Shown: piece by piece, positions 57,466-64,000 of the stretch
How positions within the stretch are numbered: position 1 is the stretch's first letter
How the letters are laid out: the number at the start of each line of letters is the position of its first letter
Virus record (IMG/VR): IMGVR_UViG_3300042691_032331
Coordinates: 1-64,000 of that record
Strand: one strand, 5' to 3'
Origin: a virus
DNA length: 64,000 nucleotides
The notes under the pieces: generated by a model
The model's input: the letters and a program-made list of their open reading frames with translations, nothing else
Told to the model about the DNA's origin: nothing
Database searches by the model: none
Made by a program: the position numbers and the translations under genes

Positions 57466-57680
57466 TCTTCAACTCCGAAATCTTTCTTTATAGCATCTCG
57501 TACTTGCTGTGCTGTTCCATCAATCGTAGCATAAGCATCACACCATTCCATGCATTCCTTAACAATCAACTCGGCGAACTTTTCCAACTCATCATAGCCC
57601 ATTGTGACACCGGGTTTACTGCCCATCTTAAAACATTCTACTCGGGCCTGTTCGGCAAGTTTTTGAAATCGTTCGTTCAT
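57462..57680 (-). CDS. early protein, ELIVREC paralog family
   Basis: MNERF..LA...KFAELIVKEC...FGVEE. Confidence 0.75.
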   Translation of the reverse strand: MNERFQKLAEQARVECFKMGSKPGVTMGYDELEKFAELIVKECMEWCDAYATIDGTAQQVRDAIKKDFGVEE

Positions 57681-57901
57681 TGCTTACGCTCTTTAAAACA
57701 TTTTAGACAAACTGCCCGATGATTTGGACCATCTACTGTGGATATTGTTGCGTTACATTTATGACATAGTATGAATGCCCTAGTAGTAACTCTGCCAGGC
57801 TTCACTGCATATATAGGATACAAATATCCATCATCGCCATCTGTATACCCAATGAGGTCAGTTCTATCATATATGTTCAAATCTTCCAAGTTCTTATTCA
57901 T
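57677..57901 (-). CDS. small zinc-finger-like protein
   Basis: CHKC...CLKC. Confidence 0.65.
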   Translation of the reverse strand: MNKNLEDLNIYDRTDLIGYTDGDDGYLYPIYAVKPGRVTTRAFILCHKCNATISTVDGPNHRAVCLKCFKERKQ

Positions 57902-58107
57902 TTTTTACTTTTAGGGAACTTTGTGCACCACATACATTTTTCACTTTTCTTACCATAAAAATATAAGCCAGTGTCGGGAAACTTTTTATTACATGCTTTG
58001 CATGTAAACAGTTTCATTTCAACATCAACTTCTTCTTTAACAACTTTTTTAGTTGTTTTCTTCGCTGCCGGCTTTTTTGTTAATGTAGTTTTCTTTGGTA
58101 AGGGCAT
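57898..58107 (-). CDS. small basic zinc-finger-like protein
   Basis: Lys-rich N-terminus, CKAC...CMWC. Confidence 0.6.
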   Translation of the reverse strand: MPLPKKTTLTKKPAAKKTTKKVVKEEVDVEMKLFTCKACNKKFPDTGLYFYGKKSEKCMWCTKFPKSKK

Positions 58108-58224
58108 GTAATCTATCCGCACAATTTCTTAAATCTTCGCTAAGGTTACCCTTACCGATATTATCTTCAATAAGTCTGGCGATGTTATGTAATTCTAACA
58201 CCGCCATATCTAGTTCAAAAGTTA

Positions 58225-58377
58225 TCATTGAAATTCCGTCATATCAAGCATATCTGCTTCAAGACAAGCATCGTGGTAATTTGTAGCATCCAAAACTACA
58301 AGTTCACCATCTGCAAATTGTGCAACATAAGAATTATAATCTTCATCAAATTTAATGTCAATGATAAAATTATCCAT
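58225..58377 (-). CDS. small acidic protein (50 aa)
   Basis: AAGGAG RBS, overlapping stop/start at both ends. Confidence 0.6.
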   Translation of the reverse strand: MDNFIIDIKFDEDYNSYVAQFADGELVVLDATNYHDACLEADMLDMTEFQ

Positions 58378-58553
58378 TACAAACTCCTTATATAGTTGAT
58401 AATATCTTTGGCTTGCTGCATATCGCTATAACCCACAGCCTCGTCAATCATATTGAGTTGTGTTTCATGCAATTCTTTTAATGTCTCATCGATTGCTTTA
58501 CGCTTCTTAAAAGCACTATATGTAACATTGTATTTGATTTCTTTTGGATACAT
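58377..58553 (-). CDS. small hypothetical protein (58 aa)
   Basis: MYPKEIKY...; TAATG coupling. Confidence 0.55.
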   Translation of the reverse strand: MYPKEIKYNVTYSAFKKRKAIDETLKELHETQLNMIDEAVGYSDMQQAKDIINYIRSL

Positions 58554-58554
58554 A

Positions 58555-58698
58555 TTAATCTTTCTTGCCCTTTTCAGGCATCATTGTACTTGTGTATTCT
58601 GCTGTACGCTGAATATCTCTGCCCATACCTGCTATTGTATTACAAGCACACAAAGTAAGTGTAAGTAAAAAAGAAATAATAATTTTATAATTAATCAT
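58555..58698 (-). CDS. entericidin EcnA/B-like lipoprotein
   Basis: LTLCA-C-NTIAGMGRDIQ; start re-set to MINYK after GGAG. Confidence 0.75.
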   Translation of the reverse strand: MINYKIIISFLLTLTLCACNTIAGMGRDIQRTAEYTSTMMPEKGKKD

Positions 58699-58939
58699 AA
58701 CTTTTTTTATCTCCATATTCTTCATTATGTTTATATCCTGCATAATATTCTTCACGCTCATTAGCAGTTAGGTCTACTATCTTTTGTCCTCGACCAGTAC
58801 CTTCGGGGTACCAATGTGGACTTGGTGGACGACGATAATAACTATCAGCACTACCTCTATCATAGAGACTACCATGCCGACTACGATCAAACTGCGGCAG
58901 ACCTTTTAGTATAGGAAAAATACGATCTTTAGTGTCCAT
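58691..58939 (-). CDS. conserved phage protein
   Basis: HGSLYDRGSADSYYRR...EYYAGY..NE..GDKK. Confidence 0.8.
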   Translation of the reverse strand: MDTKDRIFPILKGLPQFDRSRHGSLYDRGSADSYYRRPPSPHWYPEGTGRGQKIVDLTANEREEYYAGYKHNEEYGDKKSYD

Positions 58940-58941
58940 AA

Positions 58942-59145
58942 TTACCTCGTTAACATTTTTACAAGATGGTTGTGAATGATATCCATTTCTTCAGGTTCTA
59001 CATAAAAGTCAGTCAATGGATCGTAATACTGACCTTGTTTTATATCGTAATAAAGAACACGACCATCGCTGAAATAAAAAGGTCCTTCAAGCCCTTTGCG
59101 AGGTTTGTATTTGTTGTCACGCTCACCTAGAACTTTGTAACCCAT
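58942..59145 (-). CDS. conserved phage protein
   Basis: GLEGPF...GRVLYYD...GQYYDP.TDFY. Confidence 0.8.
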   Translation of the reverse strand: MGYKVLGERDNKYKPRKGLEGPFYFSDGRVLYYDIKQGQYYDPLTDFYVEPEEMDIIHNHLVKMLTR

Positions 59146-59375
59146 TATACTTCTCCTACAATATTAGCTGCTGCCTCTTTTGCAAGTTTTGCAATAGCCT
59201 CGCCTGCTGCTTCGCGGGCACTTGTATGCGCCCAATCATTGCTAAGACTATTGAAACCACGATATACTTCCCACTTACCATCTACTACCCATTCAACAAC
59301 AATATCAGATGCATGGGTCATAGGGTCACCAAGGTGTACAATTCGTACTTTACCAAAATCGTGTGCTACTCTCAT
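59145..59375 (-). CDS. hypothetical protein
   Basis: start re-set to MRVAHD after AAGGAG. Confidence 0.7.
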   Translation of the reverse strand: MRVAHDFGKVRIVHLGDPMTHASDIVVEWVVDGKWEVYRGFNSLSNDWAHTSAREAAGEAIAKLAKEAAANIVGEV

Positions 59376-59385
59376 AGAGTTCTCC

Positions 59386-59658
59386 TTAAGAATTTTTAAG
59401 TATATCAAAAAGTTTATATTTTTCTACAATAGGTTTCAATATATTATATCGCCAAATAGCAATTGTGTCAATCTGTTTAACTATTAAATTATGAAAATCT
59501 TCCCGAAACCAAAAAGGATTAAGATAAGCAATTACTATTGCGGGAACAAAGTATAGAGTTGCAGTAATTGTAATGACCCAATAGATAGTTGAAAACTTAA
59601 TTCTATCTGACATTTTGGGATTTACTTCATTTAGTGTTTTCACAAACTTGGTCCCCAA
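59386..59658 (-). CDS. small membrane protein
   Basis: one TM, NPFWFR. Confidence 0.6.
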   Translation of the reverse strand: MGTKFVKTLNEVNPKMSDRIKFSTIYWVITITATLYFVPAIVIAYLNPFWFREDFHNLIVKQIDTIAIWRYNILKPIVEKYKLFDILKNS

Positions 59659-59837
59659 TATTGATTTTGTAATAAATTTGCAGTATCTTCATCATACAAC
59701 CAAGTCAATGCACAGAATATAGAGTCAGAAACACCGTACCACTGCCGATATTTTTTGTACATTGCAACAAATATGTTGTAATCACCACGTTTGTAGGTAT
59801 AATCCTCAGCACGTTTTAAAAATTCCATCTTATCCAT
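59640..59837 (-). CDS. hypothetical protein
   Basis: start re-set to MDKMEF after GGAG. Confidence 0.6.
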   Translation of the reverse strand: MDKMEFLKRAEDYTYKRGDYNIFVAMYKKYRQWYGVSDSIFCALTWLYDEDTANLLQNQYWGPSL

Positions 59838-59838
59838 A

Positions 59839-60138
59839 TTACATGCTCCAAAACGATTCTGAACTCGGTGAGCAAAAACCTGGAGTATCATAACGCTCCT
59901 GATACTCATAACCTGACATAAGATTCTTTCGAGTTACAAAAGTTTCAAACACCTCAACAACATAACCTGCATCTCTAAAACCTTTTGCAACTACCTGAAT
60001 AAAATCTTTAGTAGATAGATCAAAATCCATAACTTCAATAAAACGCAGACCTACTTTATTGCGACCGTAACGCTCGTCTTTTTTGATGCGCTTGTCTTTT
60101 TTGTACAGTTCGATAGTGTATGCTGTAAGCTTAGACAT
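59839..60138 (-). CDS. conserved phage early protein
   Basis: NLMSG..YQE..DTP..CSPSSE.FWSM. Confidence 0.8.
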   Translation of the reverse strand: MSKLTAYTIELYKKDKRIKKDERYGRNKVGLRFIEVMDFDLSTKDFIQVVAKGFRDAGYVVEVFETFVTRKNLMSGYEYQERYDTPGFCSPSSESFWSM

Positions 60139-60144
60139 TTATTG

Positions 60145-60197
60145 CTCCTTGTTATTGACTATACCGATAGTATATCAAATTTCGGATTTATTGTCAA
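60145..60197 (-). promoter_or_regulatory. early promoter-leader module
   Basis: TTGACA-17-TATACT then CGGTATAGTCAATAACAAGGAG. Confidence 0.85.
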
Positions 60198-60203
60198 CCA
60201 AAA

Positions 60204-60446
60204 TCAATAATCTGCAACAACTTGACCTGTTTCATTTATGTTAACAAAAACTTTGCCGTAGTCCCATGTACCTTGATCCATGCTACGATAAGTAATTTTA
60301 TAACAAAAATCACCACTATTAGTTATACCAAGAAATTCACAAGCCATCACTCGTTCAAAACCAGTATAACCTTGAGTTATAAGAGCCTGATCAAGTTGAT
60401 TAGGTTGCAACTTTATCAATTTGTTAACTTTTTCAGCAGTTATCAT
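60204..60446 (-). CDS. hypothetical early protein
   Basis: GAGG RBS; FLGITNSG.FCY...GKVFV. Confidence 0.7.
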   Translation of the reverse strand: MITAEKVNKLIKLQPNQLDQALITQGYTGFERVMACEFLGITNSGDFCYKITYRSMDQGTWDYGKVFVNINETGQVVADY

Positions 60447-60447
60447 T

Positions 60448-60594
60448 TTAATAAGCCTCTTCTAATTCTATGAATTTGCCTGTTTCTAAATTGACAATAA
60501 CATGTTCAGTGTTGCACTCAAAAGCATATTCAAGTGCTTCCTCAAGTGTTAACGGAATGCTATCAAAACCACCTCGAACGATAACTTTATACAT
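60448..60594 (-). CDS. small hypothetical early protein (48 aa)
   Basis: follows promoter module and AGGAG. Confidence 0.6.
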   Translation of the reverse strand: MYKVIVRGGFDSIPLTLEEALEYAFECNTEHVIVNLETGKFIELEEAY

Positions 60595-60600
60595 TGACAA

Positions 60601-60654
60601 CTCCTATCGTTTTGACTATACAATGATTATATGCCCAAATGGATTTATTGTCAA
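60601..60654 (-). promoter_or_regulatory. early promoter-leader module (variant)
   Basis: TTGACA-17-TATAAT then GTATAGTCAAAACGATAGGAG. Confidence 0.8.
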
Positions 60655-60658
60655 CAAC

Positions 60659-60687
60659 AAAAAGCCCCGACTAGCGGGGCTTTTTTT
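60659..60687. terminator. intrinsic terminator (bidirectional form)
   Basis: A5-GCCCCG-ACTAG-CGGGGC-T7. Confidence 0.85.
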
Positions 60688-60952
60688 ACTTCTTAGTTGT
60701 CGTTTGATTAACAAACGCATACATTTTCTCAGCAGTTTCTAATACTTTTTCAATGCCTGGAAATTCTGGCATATTAACTTTCGTAACAATTTGACCTTTA
60801 TCGTCACGTTCCGCTGATACCTCCCAACCCATGTACTTTGCATGAAATTCTTGACCGACTAAATCTTTAGCCATTTCTAAAATTTCAGTACGGATTTCGT
60901 ATCCGTTTTTGTTAAACTTTACTTCAGGTAACTTTGGTGTTAAGTCTGCCAT
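60686..60952 (-). CDS. conserved phage protein
   Basis: NGYEIRTEIL.MAKD...P....VL..A..MY.FV. Confidence 0.75.
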   Translation of the reverse strand: MADLTPKLPEVKFNKNGYEIRTEILEMAKDLVGQEFHAKYMGWEVSAERDDKGQIVTKVNMPEFPGIEKVLETAEKMYAFVNQTTTKK

Positions 60953-60966
60953 ATCTGTCTCCGTTA

Positions 60967-61134
60967 TTATTTAAAAGTTTGGTCTGCAATTTTACGCTCA
61001 AATTCTAACGTATATTGTTCAACATCTGCTAGATTTTTGGGATTCTTACTTGTGATGTAAGCTTCTAATTCACTGCCATAACGATTTTTTACAAAACTAT
61101 TTGCCAGTGATTTTACAAAATTAAGACAAGGCAT
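60967..61134 (-). CDS. small protein (55 aa), DUF3563-like
   Basis: ELEAYITSKNP.NLADVEQY..EFER. Confidence 0.55.
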   Translation of the reverse strand: MPCLNFVKSLANSFVKNRYGSELEAYITSKNPKNLADVEQYTLEFERKIADQTFK

Positions 61135-61138
61135 AACA

Positions 61139-61411
61139 TTAAGCTGCCTTTTCAGATTTTGCTTTGTGTAAAACTTTATCAGAAACGTTTTCAGTAATTA
61201 CCTTAGCAATGTCAAGACTATTGTTAACAAGAACTTTAGCAAAACTAGTTTGTGCATCAATATATGCATGTGCTGCTTTGTTTAAAGTTTTGTCCGTAAT
61301 AACTTTGTCTGTCATTAGTTTTTTGGTATTTTGAAATGCATCTATGTAGAATTCTGGTGAGTAGAAATTCTTTAGATAATTGTTGTCGAATATATTGAAA
61401 GTGTTTAACAT
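61139..61411 (-). CDS. phasin-like helical protein
   Basis: IDAFQ..KK...I.D..L......YIDAQT.FAK; AGGAG RBS. Confidence 0.55.
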   Translation of the reverse strand: MLNTFNIFDNNYLKNFYSPEFYIDAFQNTKKLMTDKVITDKTLNKAAHAYIDAQTSFAKVLVNNSLDIAKVITENVSDKVLHKAKSEKAA

Positions 61412-61487
61412 TTTTTTCTCCTATGTGTAAATGTGTGTTGAGGTTTTTACAGAACCTCAAAAAACTGTAAACTATTTATCTAGCTGC

Positions 61488-61661
61488 TTACTTTTTAGAC
61501 TTTTTATCAGCTTTTTTGGCAGGCTTTGTGTCTGCCGCTTTGCTATGGTCTTTTTTCTTCGCAAGCATTAGATTACCCTTTTTAACTGGGCCTGCATCTT
61601 GTGCGAATACTGGTGGCATGATAAGTGCCAAACTTGTTGCAATTGCTACTAGGTATTTCAT
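61488..61661 (-). CDS. small exported Lys/Ala-rich protein (57 aa)
   Basis: signal peptide ending VFA, KPAKKADKKSKK tail. Confidence 0.6.
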   Translation of the reverse strand: MKYLVAIATSLALIMPPVFAQDAGPVKKGNLMLAKKKDHSKAADTKPAKKADKKSKK

Positions 61662-61813
61662 CGTCCTCTCCCTGTTTTTCTCATGACGTTTGCTCCACCA
61701 AACCCTTTGCTTGGCTTTGGAGTCTTATTTTGCTGATTAGGAAAAGTGTTATTTTTCTTAGCAGCATTAGCCATATTTATGAATGGATTTTTGCTTTTCT
61801 TTTCTTCAGTCAT
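61658..61813 (-). CDS. small basic protein (51 aa)
   Basis: ATGA overlaps at both ends. Confidence 0.55.
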   Translation of the reverse strand: MTEEKKSKNPFINMANAAKKNNTFPNQQNKTPKPSKGFGGANVMRKTGRGR

Positions 61814-62211
61814 TTTTTCCCCTTTATAGAATTTAAATAACTTTCTAAATCACCATATAGACATAGCATCATATAGACTCTGCTATCGTACAATCTCATA
61901 AATGGTTTTTTAGTTGTAGTGTCAACGTCAACAAAATATGGACATTTAATTTTTTTATCAAGGTCTAATATAAATTGATAATAGCTTCTGCTTGATTTTG
62001 TAAGTGAAAAATTGTGAACAAAACTTTCAAAATCTGCATAACGAAATTCTAAATCTCCTACTTGTGTAAGTCTTAATCCCCCATCTCGTCTAGGATTAAA
62101 CCACCACTTTTTCATTGCCTCTTCAAATGTCCAATTATTGCCTTCTAAAGATTCTAAAACTTTAATAGTTAAAGATTCTTTATAGGTTAACTTAGTCATC
62201 TGGATAAACAC
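61810..62211 (-). CDS. conserved phage protein
   Basis: WW.NPR..GGLRLT..G, LD.....PY, L.LYG. Confidence 0.75.
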   Translation of the reverse strand: MFIQMTKLTYKESLTIKVLESLEGNNWTFEEAMKKWWFNPRRDGGLRLTQVGDLEFRYADFESFVHNFSLTKSSRSYYQFILDLDKKIKCPYFVDVDTTTKKPFMRLYDSRVYMMLCLYGDLESYLNSIKGKK

Positions 62212-62485
62212 GTGTGCCGTTATTCATAAACACTACACTGAATTTATCAGTTTTAAATTGCTTGTTTAATTTACGACAAAGATTCCTAGCATGACCAGGA
62301 TTACTAAAACTTGTTTTTTTATATTTTGGAACTGCTTCGTTATCAAGATAATGTTGACTTTTTAGATTGATAGGATGCCCGTCATAAAACACAGCCCATA
62401 TACCTGCTGCTTCTACAATTTGATCACATTTGTAGGTTTGCTTATCGACTATTTCAAGTATAACTTTAGGTTGTGTTCTGCTCAT
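62192..62485 (-). CDS. conserved phage protein
   Basis: IWAVFY.G.PINLK...PKYKKTSFSNPGHA.NL..KLN..F. Confidence 0.8.
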   Translation of the reverse strand: MSRTQPKVILEIVDKQTYKCDQIVEAAGIWAVFYDGHPINLKSQHYLDNEAVPKYKKTSFSNPGHARNLCRKLNKQFKTDKFSVVFMNNGTRVYPDD

Positions 62486-62488
62486 TAA

Positions 62489-62671
62489 TTACCATTTTCC
62501 ACCATTCATAACAACAGTAATGGTTTCATCCTTATTTTCTTTTTTATCCACTAAGAGTTTTGCAATTTCATCACGCAATTCCTTAGCTTCAGTTATGGGA
62601 ATAATAAGCTCACGTGACTGTCTAGTCTCTGCAAGTGCTACCTTATCGATAAATTTCTTAATTATGCTCAT
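62489..62671 (-). CDS. small hypothetical protein
   Basis: ends MNGGKW; coupled to neighbours. Confidence 0.7.
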   Translation of the reverse strand: MSIIKKFIDKVALAETRQSRELIIPITEAKELRDEIAKLLVDKKENKDETITVVMNGGKW

Positions 62672-63126
62672 ACGCTATTTATGCTACTTTTTGCTTCCTC
62701 TTTTGTCTTAAAGGGTCCAATGTATTCATATCTCTGTACAAAGATATATTTTGGACAAAAGACTACACTAAACTCATTAGTTTGTTTTAATGCGAACCAT
62801 CCAGCTGCATGGTAGCATTTGCTTTTTTGTGTTTTAGTAAAGATATGTAATTTACGTTTAACATCATAATAGTTGTTATAAATTCTATTACTTGATGTTG
62901 GATAAACTGCAAAACTAGGATGCTGAGTTTTGGTAGTTTTAATTATCTTTTCAAACTCAATTTGTTTTGATTTTTCAATAGCTTTGGTACTAGAATACTT
63001 TTCTTTTTTATCTCCGATAATAACTTCATAATCACTACCTTCATGAATTACATTGCCAACTTTTTTTCTACCGTCAGTGACTACCCAGTATTGATCTTTA
63101 ATAATAGGTTTAGCTTTTAAAATCAT
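62668..63126 (-). CDS. conserved phage protein
   Basis: AKPII...W...KVG, FTK..KSK...AAGW, FCPK...RY.Y.GPFKT. Confidence 0.8.
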   Translation of the reverse strand: MILKAKPIIKDQYWVVTDGRKKVGNVIHEGSDYEVIIGDKKEKYSSTKAIEKSKQIEFEKIIKTTKTQHPSFAVYPTSSNRIYNNYYDVKRKLHIFTKTQKSKCYHAAGWFALKQTNEFSVVFCPKYIFVQRYEYIGPFKTKEEAKSSINSV

Positions 63127-63999
63127 TTATACTCCTTTTAATATACCTTCATACGGACTATTAAGCCAACGTGCGTATGTGTCTGCTTGTTCACTAATCT
63201 TAGTGAGTTCATACTTACCACAGAATTTCATAAAGTGTACACCAACTTGAGGTGTAGTATTTATACGAACACTATTAATAATAGCTTGGTCAACTTTGTC
63301 TTTAATGTCTTGAGGTTGTGCAGTAAGATCAATAAGTGTCTTGTTGCGCTCATATGCATCACGCACACGATGTTCTATGTCATTGTGATCAGTCCAACGC
63401 TGCAACATAAAATTATTCCACGCAAAACCTTGCTTGTCACGATCACTAAAAGCTTCCATAATACCTATAGAATTTTTAGTGCCTTTTTCACGTACACCGG
63501 GATATGCACTGAATACATTGTCAGTACCATCACCACGAATAATCTTCTTAAACAACAAGTATTGCGGATCTTCTAATAGTTTAGGTTGATTAGTTTTTTT
63601 ATCAACAATCAATTTTCCCTTGTCATTAAAATAGCCCTCGGGTGTAATAAGTTGATTGGCGACACCATTATATTGGAAGACACGATCAGATATAAGCTGG
63701 ACATAATCAGTATCACTGCTAATAATATATATTTGGTCATTTGGGTGTAAGTGTATAAATCGTGCAATAATGTCATCAGCCTCAGCATTCTCATGCCTAA
63801 TTACGCTGCAATTTGTTTTTTCCTTAAGATAATCTGTAAACATACTATATGTTTCCCAGAACATCTTGTTTTCCTCAATTTCTTCATCAGTCAATGCTGT
63901 TTCATCAACGACACGATTTGCTTTGTATGGCTTGTAAAAATCCTTCCTCCATGATCTGCCTTCGAGTGCGAACACAGTGTGATCTATACCATAATTGCG
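63127..63999 (-). CDS. T4-type RNase H / 5'-3' exonuclease, N-terminus beyond window
   Basis: SWRK.FY.PYK.NR, EADDIIA, ISSD.D..QL, GD..DNV; frame open to window end. Confidence 0.92.
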   Translation of the reverse strand, partial: RNYGIDHTVFALEGRSWRKDFYKPYKANRVVDETALTDEEIEENKMFWETYSMFTDYLKEKTNCSVIRHENAEADDIIARFIHLHPNDQIYIISSDTDYVQLISDRVFQYNGVANQLITPEGYFNDKGKLIVDKKTNQPKLLEDPQYLLFKKIIRGDGTDNVFSAYPGVREKGTKNSIGIMEAFSDRDKQGFAWNNFMLQRWTDHNDIEHRVRDAYERNKTLIDLTAQPQDIKDKVDQAIINSVRINTTPQVGVHFMKFCGKYELTKISEQADTYARWLNSPYEGILKGV

Positions 64000-64000
64000 C

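Noticed and set aside
1-64000. Stop-codon reassignment as in some jumbo phages
   Set aside because: Conserved genes are full length in code 11, and TAG and TGA both end genes at expected positions (e.g. SOD TAG, clpP TGA).

Overview
AT-rich, gene-dense 64 kb segment of a large (jumbo, T4-like) bacteriophage genome in the standard genetic code. A Proteobacterial host is inferred from the DnaK, ErpA, ClpXP and PBP7-like homologs. Left to right: (1) tail of a tRNA cluster (Ala-UGC, Ser-UGA, unusual Leu-AAG) enclosing a sigma70-driven array of three structured non-coding elements (7-bp covarying stem + CAGCA) directly upstream of a TROVE/Ro60-like vWA protein (DUF2828-like); (2) small early genes behind repeated promoter-leader modules, including an unannotated ArfA-like ORF; (3) tail-fibre/baseplate-type structural genes, ErpA, SOD and a heptose/methyl-sugar operon; (4) IF-1, nucleotidase, Gly-rich virion paralogs and dCMP deaminase; (5) a proteostasis block (ClpP, ClpS, Hsp20, DnaK, bS21, ClpX) in which hsp20 and dnaK each carry a ROSE-like RNA thermometer; (6) DNA ligase, paralogous early-gene arrays, an entericidin-like lipoprotein and a T4-type RNase H cut by the window end. 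The strongest candidate for an undescribed system is the CAGCA-stem RNA array plus Ro60-like protein. All product calls come from motif recognition by eye; no searches were run.
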